DNA from: Candidatus Pacearchaeota archaeon
GTDB taxonomy: Archaea; Nanobdellota; Nanobdellia; Pacearchaeales; GW2011-AR1
Direction of reading: 5' to 3'
Length of the DNA stretch: 64,000 bases
Assembly: GCA_018303995.1 (NCBI GenBank)
Contig: JAGVXB010000013.1
Location: 27,490-91,489 of the forward strand
The translations under genes and the position numbers were made by a program. Position 1 is the stretch's first letter. The number at the start of each line of letters is the position of its first letter. Of the stretch, positions 48,709-58,500 are shown piece after piece. The notes under the pieces are model-generated. The model was not told where the DNA came from, ran no database searches, and saw only the letters and a list, made by a program, of their open reading frames with translations.

Positions 48709-50658
48709 TTATGTTTCAATACTTCTACACCAGCTTCCAGCTTTGACGCTTACGGCGTTGCTTGTCTCGCTTTTTACATTTAATGTGAAAGTTCCTGTGC
48801 TTGATGTAATAGCATAAACATACAGTCTATTTGGAGTAACTGTTGTTCCAGAACTTGATGTGGGCAAGCAAGTCAAAGTCGCGGTAGTTCCTTGACATAT
48901 CGCTTGCGCAGTTACAGAAGAATAATACTCCATAACTTGCCTTTGAGACGAAGTTCCAGTCAAAACAGAATCATAGTGAACCCCAGTACCTGTTGCAGCA
49001 GAATCCTGGAGCAATATGCATTCAATCATTATATCTCGTCCAGAAACTAATGGCAAAGTCAAAACATCAACATAATTTACATTATCTGTTGTAGACACAT
49101 CTGAAGTAGTCATGTTAAAAGTTGTAAAGCTCACCCCACTCCCAGCGCCGGTTAAATCAGAACCACAATTAACTGTCCCATTAGCCAAAACACTTACTAC
49201 CTTATCTGTTCCAGAACAAGAAGAAGTTGGAAAAGTAGAACTATTCAAACTTCCAAAATAAAACTGTGCAGAAACATTTCCACCAACAGATATATTATTT
49301 GAAACATCCAAATCCTTAAACCAACCTTTAAGCCATCTTTTTGCCGAGTTACCAAGACTCTGAATAACATTTGTTAATGGATTTAAATCACTTGAAACTC
49401 CGGATGTTAAATTAGAAACCCATAATGGGTCAGACTCTGAACCTGCAGGAGGTGTGATACAAGTAAATGTCCCATTACCTAAAGTCCCATTAACTACCAA
49501 TCCAACAGGACACTGTTGATTAATAATATTTGCATACGTCCCATTGTAAGTTGAAAGATAACTTGCATTATTAATCAACCCAGCATAAGTTACATTGTAA
49601 GTTGAACTCCAAATTGCCTGATTAGAAATTATATAGTCCCATAATGAAGAGTTTGTTGTTAATATCAAGCTAGTTTCATTATAAACACTTAAACCACTAG
49701 AGTTTACAAAACCTGCAGGGTTTAATATTGAATAATACAAAATATCAGTTAGTGACTGATTAAAACTCGAATTTCCCGCACTGACTCCTGAGATTAAACT
49801 ATCAATTTCAGTTCTATTATAAAAACCAAGAGACATAATATTAGTAGTCCTATTCACACTAACAATTAGAGCAGTATCATTATATCTCTGATCCACTTGA
49901 GAAAGTTTAGAGTTTATAGCACCCCATAAAGTGGAATTTTCAGAAACAAAAATAGGGTCGCTCTCACTTCCAGCAGGTAAATTAGTAAGCAAGCTCCCAT
50001 CTCCTTCAAAGTAAGATGCACTCACATTTCCAGTAACATCAACATTATTAGAAACATCCAAATCAACAGCAAACAACTTAGTAATTCTATTAGCCAACGA
50101 ACCAAGAAATCCGAAAAGTCCAGTATGAACAGTAGTTATATTTCCAGAAAATGTTTCAGACTGATTTTTCAAAGCATAATTTGTTAAATCAGAACTCGTC
50201 CCATTGCCCAAGTCATCAGTTTCACATTCAACACTTCCATTAGAATAAATCAACCTTATTGAACTCCCAGAAGGACACGAATTTATCAATGATAAATTAA
50301 CAAAAGAAATATTGTTAATATAACCGACAGATGACTGAAACTCAATCCTTTCATTTCCATCAAAATCTACATCTTCCCCATTAATTTCATAATCTTTCCA
50401 ATATCTCACACCGTATTCAATCGCAGGATTTATCATTAAATTCCATGAACCATTAACAATAGCACCAGAAGTAGTAGAACTAAAAATAAGATTTCCCGCA
50501 GTAATATCATCATACACAGCAATAGTTAGATTTCCACTATCGAGCAAAGAACCAGAAAGATTTCTTACACTAGTTCCCTGATCTGAAATTAAAAAAGCGG
50601 AAGCTATACTAAAAAAAGACATTAACAACAGTAAAAACAAAAAGAACTTTTTAATCAT
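48709..50658 (-). CDS. Secreted Ser/Thr/Asn-rich surface protein with internal repeats
   Basis: Signal peptide. Repeats DLDVSNN[VI][DS]V[TG]GNVSA..[YF]..[DS]GS and P[AP]GSESDP[IL][FW]VS.N. Many N-x-S/T sequons. Confidence 0.55.
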   Translation of the reverse strand: MIKKFFLFLLLLMSFFSIASAFLISDQGTSVRNLSGSLLDSGNLTIAVYDDITAGNLIFSSTTSGAIVNGSWNLMINPAIEYGVRYWKDYEINGEDVDFDGNERIEFQSSVGYINNISFVNLSLINSCPSGSSIRLIYSNGSVECETDDLGNGTSSDLTNYALKNQSETFSGNITTVHTGLFGFLGSLANRITKLFAVDLDVSNNVDVTGNVSASYFEGDGSLLTNLPAGSESDPIFVSENSTLWGAINSKLSQVDQRYNDTALIVSVNRTTNIMSLGFYNRTEIDSLISGVSAGNSSFNQSLTDILYYSILNPAGFVNSSGLSVYNETSLILTTNSSLWDYIISNQAIWSSTYNVTYAGLINNASYLSTYNGTYANIINQQCPVGLVVNGTLGNGTFTCITPPAGSESDPLWVSNLTSGVSSDLNPLTNVIQSLGNSAKRWLKGWFKDLDVSNNISVGGNVSAQFYFGSLNSSTFPTSSCSGTDKVVSVLANGTVNCGSDLTGAGSGVSFTTFNMTTSDVSTTDNVNYVDVLTLPLVSGRDIMIECILLQDSAATGTGVHYDSVLTGTSSQRQVMEYYSSVTAQAICQGTTATLTCLPTSSSGTTVTPNRLYVYAITSSTGTFTLNVKSETSNAVSVKAGSWCRSIET

Positions 50659-50810
50659 TTTTCACTCTCCACTTTAAGCAAATCTATTAGTGCCTTATTT
50701 ATTGAAATAGAACGAGGAATCTTATCTTTCCATTTTTCCCAAATATCTGTAGGAACTTCCAGCAAAAACGTCTTAACCTCTCTCTTAATCTTACTTTTAT
50801 CTGAAGTCAT
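50655..50810 (-). CDS. Possible small RHH-like protein translationally coupled to the surface-protein gene
   Basis: MTSDKSKIKREVKTFLLEVPTDIWEKWKDKIPRSISINKALIDLLKVESEK*. The stop TGA overlaps the ATG of 48709-50658 (ATGA). Confidence 0.3.
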   Translation of the reverse strand: MTSDKSKIKREVKTFLLEVPTDIWEKWKDKIPRSISINKALIDLLKVESEK

Positions 50811-50938
50811 TTTACTTAGTAACTATTATAAGCACTTATCTTAAGTAATTATAAGTTAACAATAATAACCTTTACTTAGTATTTAAACACTTCGCGAGTA
50901 TAGACAATCTATTTAAACAATCAAAACATCACATATAA

Positions 50939-51835
50939 ATGAACTTTGAAATCGTCTGCCTAGGAACAGGAAGCGCAATTCCAAGCATAAAAAAGAATCA
51001 CAGTGGCTTTCTAATAAAAACAGAAAGAGAAAAAATATTAATAGACTGTGGAGAAGGCATTCAAAGACAATTTAAACATGCAAACGAAAACCCTACAAAA
51101 TTAACAAAAATATTAATAACTCATTGGCACGAAGACCATACTCTAGGTTTAGCAGGCCTTCTAAAAACGATGGGAATGAACAATTATGCACAAGTTCTTC
51201 ATATTTACGGCCCAAGACACACAAATGAAAAAATAGAACTATTCCAAAGAATTTATTCCAGATACAAAATAAAAATAGAAATTCACGAAATATCCTCCAG
51301 CACAGTATATGAAGACAAACAAATCAAAATAGAAGCAGCTCAAATGGACCATGGTGTTCCAACATTAGCATATAGCCTAATAATAAAAGACCAAACACGA
51401 ATAGACAAAGCTAAACTAAAAAAACTAAAACTTCCAAACTCTCCATTAATCGGACAGCTTCAACAAGGCAAAGATATCGTTTTCAACAATAAAAAAATAA
51501 AAGCTAAAAGCGTAACCTACACTCAAAAAGGAAAAAAGGTAACTATAGTCTTAGACACTGCATTCAACGACAATGCAATAGAATTAGCAAAAGACTCTGA
51601 TCTCCTAATTTGCGAGTCAACATATTCAGCAGAAGAAACCGAACACGCCAAAGAATACAAACACCTCACAACAACAGAAGCAGCAACAATTGCAAAGAAA
51701 GCAAAAGTAAAACAGTTAGCATTAGTCCACCTCTCGGAAAAACATGCACATCTTTCACATGTCCTATTAAAAGAAGCCAAAAAAGTGTTCAAAAATACAA
51801 GTATCCCAGACGATTTAGCAATCTTGAAAGTTTAA
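50939..51835 (+). CDS. rnz: Ribonuclease Z (tRNA 3' endonuclease, short form)
   Basis: HWHEDHTLG (HxHxDH) metallo-beta-lactamase motif; 298 aa. Confidence 0.85.
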   Translation: MNFEIVCLGTGSAIPSIKKNHSGFLIKTEREKILIDCGEGIQRQFKHANENPTKLTKILITHWHEDHTLGLAGLLKTMGMNNYAQVLHIYGPRHTNEKIELFQRIYSRYKIKIEIHEISSSTVYEDKQIKIEAAQMDHGVPTLAYSLIIKDQTRIDKAKLKKLKLPNSPLIGQLQQGKDIVFNNKKIKAKSVTYTQKGKKVTIVLDTAFNDNAIELAKDSDLLICESTYSAEETEHAKEYKHLTTTEAATIAKKAKVKQLALVHLSEKHAHLSHVLLKEAKKVFKNTSIPDDLAILKV

Positions 51836-52233
51836 GGATTAATTCTCTTAAAAACATAAGTTTTATTTTCAAAATCTAAATACATTCTTTCTTGTCTCAT
51901 AGCGGTTCCAATTAGGTCCAAATATTCAACTAAAGTTTGATAAAATGTTTTTTTATCTATAGGAATAGAAAGTGGACTCCATAAAAAATCCAATAAATAA
52001 ACTTCTTCTTTGTATATCCCTTTAGAAGTATTCATTACAAGTTTACCATTAGAGATTATGCAAGATATAGATTTCATATCTTTAGAGGCTATTTCATTAT
52101 GTGTTTTTTCAACAATGTTTGTAATTTGCCCTAAACTAAACTTTTCTTTTCCAGAATAACCTACTTTTGATCCGCAAGTAATAGTTCCTTTCAAAGTTTC
52201 TGCTTCTGTTTCTTTTTGATAGTTTTTAACCAT
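51832..52233 (-). CDS. Hypothetical protein
   Basis: ORF only. Confidence 0.3.
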   Translation of the reverse strand: MVKNYQKETEAETLKGTITCGSKVGYSGKEKFSLGQITNIVEKTHNEIASKDMKSISCIISNGKLVMNTSKGIYKEEVYLLDFLWSPLSIPIDKKTFYQTLVEYLDLIGTAMRQERMYLDFENKTYVFKRINP

Positions 52234-52338
52234 AAATTAAGATAAGATTAAGGCTATTTATTGTTAACTAAAATTATTTAACAAACTCCCAAGTAAAAAA
52301 ACAAAAACAATTTCTAGCTAATTAACACAATAAAAGAA

Positions 52339-52569
52339 TCAAGCAGGAGAAATAAAGATAATTGTGTCCCCGCGCAAGAAAGTAGGGCCGTAATTTCTCT
52401 TTAGTTCGCCATTTAACATTTCCTTGGCGTTGTCAAGGACTATATTGATATGTATATCAAAAGCCTTTAACACTCCAGAGAACTGTCTGTCGTTCTTTAA
52501 CTGCACGATAACCTCTTTACCTTTTGAGTTGTTCAAAAGATCCAGCGGTCTCTCAATGACGTTTGCCAT
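52339..52569 (-). CDS. Sm-like archaeal protein (SmAP)
   Basis: Start at the internal Met MANVIERPLDLLNNSKGKEVIVQLKNDRQFSGVLKAFDIHINIVLDNAKE...RGDTIIFISP, containing Sm1 and Sm2 motifs. Confidence 0.8.
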   Translation of the reverse strand: MANVIERPLDLLNNSKGKEVIVQLKNDRQFSGVLKAFDIHINIVLDNAKEMLNGELKRNYGPTFLRGDTIIFISPA

Positions 52570-52641
52570 AATTTCATTTGTACAAAGAGAGTATTTAAAG
52601 ATTATGCAAATCAAAAAACATATTCTTTGTTTTTTGGATGC

Positions 52642-52677
52642 TCGACGTGCTCTCCAGAGTTACAAGAAACACGTCGA
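52642..52677. promoter_or_regulatory. 8-bp inverted repeat (tcgacgtg...cacgtcga) with a 20-nt loop in the Sm/S8e intergenic region
   Basis: Seen directly in the sequence. A second IR, tgcgaat-atca-attcgca, lies at 52835-52852, about 35 nt upstream of the rps8e ATG. Confidence 0.3.
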
Positions 52678-52884
52678 CATGTCAAATCTATTTAGTAACT
52701 TACAATAAATATCCAACATAAAAACCATAACAACAACCGCTTATTTTTATTATAACTCTTCATATTTATATCAAATCATTAATTTATAGTTTTTAGAAAC
52801 CATTAAAATTATTACAAAAAAATAATTTTAATTCTGCGAATATCAATTCGCAAGGTTTAAAAACAATCATTTGAAAAACAATAT

Positions 52885-53244
52885 ATGAATCACGGAAGAA
52901 AAACAACAGGCGGAAAATATCATTCTAATAGAAAGAGAAAATGGTATGAACACCAATCTCAAGAAAATGAGACATCACTAGGAGAAACAAAGAGCAAGAT
53001 AGTTCGTAAAAGAGGAAACCATAAAAAAGCAATTCTTCTAAAATCTAACAAAGCAAACCTCGTAATAGGTAAAAAGACTGAACAAGTCGAAATAAAAAAC
53101 GTTCTGCAGACTCCTCAAAACATTTTCTTAGCTCGTCAAAACCGCTTAATAAAAGGAGCAATAATACAAACATCTAAAGGCAAAGCAAGAATCACAAACC
53201 GCCCAAGTAGAGAAGGCGTAATAAATGCAATTCTAACAGAATAA
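52885..53244 (+). CDS. rps8e: Ribosomal protein S8e
   Basis: TGGKYHSNRKRKWYE...KGAIIQTSKGKARITNRPSREGVINAILTE compares with S8e PTGGKY...[31 protein letters not shown]. Confidence 0.8.
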   Translation: MNHGRKTTGGKYHSNRKRKWYEHQSQENETSLGETKSKIVRKRGNHKKAILLKSNKANLVIGKKTEQVEIKNVLQTPQNIFLARQNRLIKGAIIQTSKGKARITNRPSREGVINAILTE

Positions 53245-53246
53245 AA

Positions 53247-53570
53247 ATGAATACAAGAAAATATGAATATGTGGGGAGAATTTTAGATACCCTTAATTTA
53301 AATGTAGGTGAAGGTTTAAGGAATGTAGAAGGAAGACTCATTAAATTACCAGAAAGAGATTTAATAAATATAGAAAGAATAACTTCTCAATATTCAGATG
53401 TTTTTAGAGGAGCTACTGGAGATGAAGCAAGACAATTAGCGGACAGATTTATTCTTTTCCTTGAAACCAAGACAACTCGTGGAAAGCCGGTAGATGGCAC
53501 AGATTTAGAAATTGAGTGCTTAGAACCACCGCAACCAGTAATTGCAGAAATACCTTACAATAATCCATAA
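53247..53570 (+). CDS. Hypothetical protein
   Basis: ORF lying between rps8e and tfb. Confidence 0.35.
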   Translation: MNTRKYEYVGRILDTLNLNVGEGLRNVEGRLIKLPERDLINIERITSQYSDVFRGATGDEARQLADRFILFLETKTTRGKPVDGTDLEIECLEPPQPVIAEIPYNNP

Positions 53571-53614
53571 ATGCGATATCGCAGAAAATCAAGAAATCCT
53601 AAAAACGATCAATC

Positions 53615-53660
53615 CAAAGCTTTAAATACTCTCGTGTAAAAAAGTACTTTATAAACCTTT
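53615..53660 (+). promoter_or_regulatory. Promoter region of tfb with TATA-like elements
   Basis: aaagctttaaatact at 53617-53630 and ctttataaacc at 53647-53657, both upstream of the ATG at 53667. Confidence 0.35.
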
Positions 53661-53666
53661 CGCCCC

Positions 53667-54608
53667 ATGAATTTTGTTAAACGTTGCCCAGAGTGTAATA
53701 GTATAAATCTCACACATGATGACCAAAAAGGAGAGATCATTTGTGGAGACTGCGGACTAATTATCGAAGATAAAATGGTCGACACCGGGCAAGATGTCGG
53801 AGGCCAATTTGACAAATCTGAAAAGAAAGGCAGAGGCGGAGCTCCTATGTCCAGGCAGAAATTTGACCAAGGACTTACAACAAACATTGGAGAAATATCT
53901 GATATTTACAAATTAGAAGCAGGCCAAACAAGAAAATTCTTAAGACTCAAAAAATGGCAAGAAAGAGTTTCCACATCAATTGAAAGAAACCTAAGATTAG
54001 CAATGGCTGAATTAAGGCGAGTCTCCTCATTCCTCACATTACCATCAGTAGTTAGAGACGAAGCATCCAGAGTCTATCAGTTCGTCTTACAGAGAGGCCT
54101 AGTTCGCGGAAGAAGCATGGAATCAGTAATAGCAGCCTGTATTTACGCAGCATGCCGTTCTTACAACATCCCTAGAACTTTAGATGAAATAGCAAACGCT
54201 TCAGATGTAGCAAGAAAAGAAATAGGCAGAACTTACCGATTCATTATAAGAAAATTAGGAATTAAAGTTAAACCAAGTTCTCCAAAAGATTATATCTCTA
54301 GATTCTCTTCAATCTTACACCTAAGCCCACATGCTCAAAATGAAGCAATAAAGATCCTAAAGAAAGCCGACATCTCAGAATTAACATCAGGCAGAGGTCC
54401 AGCAGGAATCGCGGCAGCAGCCCTTTACGTCTCAGCCTTAATGAACGACGAAAAGAAGACTCAAAGAGAAGTCGCAGACGTAGCAGGAATCACAGAAGTC
54501 ACAATCAGAAACCGTTACAAAGAACTCATAGACCGTTTAGGCATAGAGGACAAGCTAAAGCTTAAAGAAGCAGAATCAAAAACAGCGAAACAAAAAGCAC
54601 AACAATAA
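53667..54608 (+). CDS. tfb: Transcription initiation factor IIB (TFB)
   Basis: N-terminal Zn ribbon CPECNS...CGDCG and two cyclin-fold repeats (…GRSMESVIAACIYAACR… and …GPAGIAAAALYVSAL…). Confidence 0.9.
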   Translation: MNFVKRCPECNSINLTHDDQKGEIICGDCGLIIEDKMVDTGQDVGGQFDKSEKKGRGGAPMSRQKFDQGLTTNIGEISDIYKLEAGQTRKFLRLKKWQERVSTSIERNLRLAMAELRRVSSFLTLPSVVRDEASRVYQFVLQRGLVRGRSMESVIAACIYAACRSYNIPRTLDEIANASDVARKEIGRTYRFIIRKLGIKVKPSSPKDYISRFSSILHLSPHAQNEAIKILKKADISELTSGRGPAGIAAAALYVSALMNDEKKTQREVADVAGITEVTIRNRYKELIDRLGIEDKLKLKEAESKTAKQKAQQ

Positions 54609-54678
54609 AAAATAAGAATTATCTTTTTTAAGTAGTGACAATACGAAGATTTAAAAACCCTAAAATTTCAATATTTAT

Positions 54679-55560
54679 ATGAGTCTATTAAAACAAATAG
54701 TAAAATCTGGCATTGCAGCAGCAGCAATAGGAATATCTGGAGCTTGTAGCACTGCAAAATATCTTGATTCTTCACAATTTTTATCAGATCATAGCATGAA
54801 AAGCGTAAGTTCAGATAGAGACGCAAGATATTCTCTAGACGTAGTCGCAATGGCCGGAAAAGAATATCTTGTAAAAAATGCTATAATTAAAAGACAAAAC
54901 GAAGCAGATAAAGTTTTCTACCCATTAGAGAATTCATGGTTAAATCAAGACCTTAACAAAGAAAAGATAGACTTAGAAAGAAATACAATATTTGTTCCAA
55001 TTCAATGGGATGGCAATGGAGATGGCATTCCAGAAGATGAAATGAAATTTGCAGTATCTGGCCTTTATCAAGTAAAAGCAAATGTCAAACCAAAAAATCT
55101 AGATAGTCTATTAAGCACTAGAACAATTACACAAGAAGACTTACCTTACAATATTAAAACAGTTCAAATATCTAAAGACGATAAAAGTATATTTTATGTA
55201 GGAGCAATATTAGATGAAAATAATCGTGTAAAAGACACTTTAATTGTACCTGTAGAAGGTTCAAGAGTTTTAGTTAACACAAGCACAGGCCAAATAAGAG
55301 TTGTGAATCCTGGAAAAATCTATATTTTAACAGAAAAACCTATTGAAGTTTATAGACAAGAAAGAGACGCCTATCGACAAGAACTAATGGTTGCAATAGC
55401 AGAAAGAGACGCAGAAAATGCGAAAAAAGCTAAAGAAGAAGCAGAAAAAGCAAAACTATTAGAAGAAGCACAAAAAACTAATGGAACCATTCCCGCCATT
55501 GAAGTTCCTGAAAAAGTAGTGATTCCAGTTCCCTCAAAAGAAGAATCTCCTAAAAAGTAA
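54679..55560 (+). CDS. Secreted protein, possibly a lipoprotein
   Basis: N-terminal hydrophobic segment ending AIGISGAC (lipobox-like Cys). Lys/Glu/Ala-rich C-terminus. Confidence 0.4.
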   Translation: MSLLKQIVKSGIAAAAIGISGACSTAKYLDSSQFLSDHSMKSVSSDRDARYSLDVVAMAGKEYLVKNAIIKRQNEADKVFYPLENSWLNQDLNKEKIDLERNTIFVPIQWDGNGDGIPEDEMKFAVSGLYQVKANVKPKNLDSLLSTRTITQEDLPYNIKTVQISKDDKSIFYVGAILDENNRVKDTLIVPVEGSRVLVNTSTGQIRVVNPGKIYILTEKPIEVYRQERDAYRQELMVAIAERDAENAKKAKEEAEKAKLLEEAQKTNGTIPAIEVPEKVVIPVPSKEESPKK

Positions 55561-55591
55561 TTTATCCTAAAATACTCTCAATTTCCAGTAT

Positions 55592-58500
55592 CTACAATTC
55601 AACTCTTCCACTTAAAGTATTTCCAACATCCAAATTATAACTACCTGTTTGAATCTGATCAACAGTAATAGTCTGCTCTTTAAATAACTCGTAAACTCCG
55701 TTAATTTCAAAAGCGTCATCAACTAAGTCTACATCACCCTTACCTTCAAATATAATTCTACCATCATCAACATGCCCAATTCTTCCAACATTATCAAAAA
55801 AGACCCCTTCTCCTATAATAAAAATTCCCGTGTTTTTCTGATCTGACTCTCCAACATTTACCCAAATATAATCTCTTCCAGTCTTAGGTTCTTTAACAAA
55901 GCTCAAAACCCTCTCCCCAGAAACGCCAGAAGCACTTTCAGCACCAGCAGAAGGAGTAACAGCAACAGCCGGAGCACCACTAACCTTCGCACCACCAATA
56001 GAATTCTTAAACATATTTTCATAAACGGTAGCCTTCGATAATAATATTTCTGCTTTATCCTCATTCCAAAATGCATTATCAAACAAATCATCCAAATCTT
56101 TCAAAATTAATCCAATCGTTGTCTCAGTTACTTGTCTTATTCTAACTTTTATTTCATCCAATTTAGTTTTTATATCTCCCTTACTCTTAAACTCACCACT
56201 CTCTTCAAAATTACTTTTCTGTATTGCATTTATCTCACTCAAAGTCTGATTTTTCAATCCAACATTTCCAGCCTCAATAGTCTTACTAACACTATTCTTA
56301 TCCAACCAACAACCCATTCTTGGACTTCCACAATCTCCAACTTTAACAAACCTAACTGGATCAGTCGCGCTTCCAGGATTCGAAGTAGCACAAATTCTAA
56401 CTATTCCTCTATTGTAAATTGCAGGATTCAAAGCCTCTTCTCCGACACTCTGCAAATTAGGATTCAACAAAGCAGCAGGGCTCACACTCCCAGAAACACA
56501 TTCACTTTCGGTAGTTATATCTGTTCGAGTGAGCTCATCACTAAGAATCGAATCTTTAACATAATCGACTGCAAAACTCGAGGAAACTTGTTTAAACCCG
56601 CACTCTTCTTTATCGTTAATTCGAACGCACAACTGCTTATATCCTTTAGGAGCAGTAAAGTCCTTACTCTCAGTAGCATACTGCCCTTTAGCAGCAAAAC
56701 CGTTAGCAACTACTACAACAGGATTTGATGAATATTGCACATCAGCAGGAGGGTCTTTCAAATAAACACTATACGAAACGCCTCTATCATTTCCAGCAAA
56801 TATATGATAGAACACTTTATACTGAGAAGTAGCAGGTACAGTAGCATCAGTAAAATCAATAGCACTATACCAAGCATGGAACTGTGCTGGCGAATCCGGT
56901 TCAACCAAAGTCTCAAATGTCTTAGGCCCTTTAACAGAAACAAAAGCCCTACAAACTTCAGTTCCTGCCTCTTCAACATTTCTTATCTTGAAAGCCTCAA
57001 AAGAATTAGCAGCATAATTCTGAGTAAAGTAACTAGCTGAATCTTCCATATTCTGCCAAGAATCCTTCACAGTCATATATTCTCCCCCTCCTCTAACATT
57101 ACCTTGTCCTCCAGTATACATATACTCAATTAATTTAGGTAATGCAGCCTTAGCTATAGGAGCCGCCTGTCTCCAGAAAAACTCACACATATAAACAGAA
57201 TTAATCTGGTCACAAATTCCAACATATTTCCCCGTATCTACAGCTTCCTGCAAACACTGCTGATGAGATTTAAGAATAGAAAGATAACCATCGATTCCGG
57301 CTTTCAATCCAGTCAAACAAACAGGCATTACAATCCCCTCTTTTATATTAGGCAAACAAAGCAACGCGCTTCCAATAATTCCAGACTGAATAACATCTGA
57401 AACGTAATAAGTGCCTCCTAAATTACATCTAGAAACAGGACATATTACAGGATCACAAACATTAAACAACAACTTACAATCTTCAGCGCTCATATAAGTT
57501 TGACACTGACTTCCAGGCAAAAGAGCCGCAGAATTACCAACATTAATCATATTCCCTCCTATCTTAACTGATTTCTTTCCATATTGCTGTGCAGCCTCCT
57601 CGAGTGCTCTAATTGCATCTGAAACAAGTTTCTTAGTATCACTTTCAGATAAACCAGGGAAACTAGTAAACGGCTGTCCAGTATAAATATTAAATTGAAC
57701 ACATTCATCGTCTCCATAATTTGGAGAATAAAATCCTATATACTTATCATCCATTACATTGCATACATAAAAACTAGAAGGTCTTCCATTTGACTCATAA
57801 GATTTAGTCTGTCCAAGAATAGGCAGTGATTGGGTAGTCACAGCATAAAACCCTCGTGTCAAATCAAATGGTACAACCGCAGGAGTTCCCTTATAAGGTT
57901 CAGTATCAAAATATCTTACAGTCAACTCACCAGGAGCAAACTGATTATTATATTTAGCAGAATTAATCAAATCAAAAGATGCAGGCAATTTACCAACATC
58001 TCTTTTCCAATTTTCAATCTTAGAACCAACAACCTTGTCATTTAACGAATAAACTTTATCGACAATATACTTATTATCCTTATCAGGATTAAAAGTAACT
58101 AAATAACTCTTACCATTTTCTCCCATAACTACTTGTGCAGGAGTATTCCCAGATAATTCAGCAGGAAAACCGGTAATGCTCTTACCTTTAAGTTTTTCTA
58201 CAGTATCTCCAGAATATTTGCCATGCGGCTTACCATCATCAATTGGATAAACACTTATTCCATTATACAATCCCTGTGTGTTTTCATATTTCTTTCTATC
58301 TTCAATAGATTTTCCAATTACAGACAAATCAGTTTTAGCTTTTTTAAGTCCCTGCTCACTATCAGCACTATTTACAGTCTGACAATTATAATAAATATCT
58401 CTTAATTGTGAATAACCATACTGTTTAACATTTTCATTATCTACTTTTTCAGGTAACAAACCAACAACATCCTTTTCAACATTTTCACTATTAAATTTCA

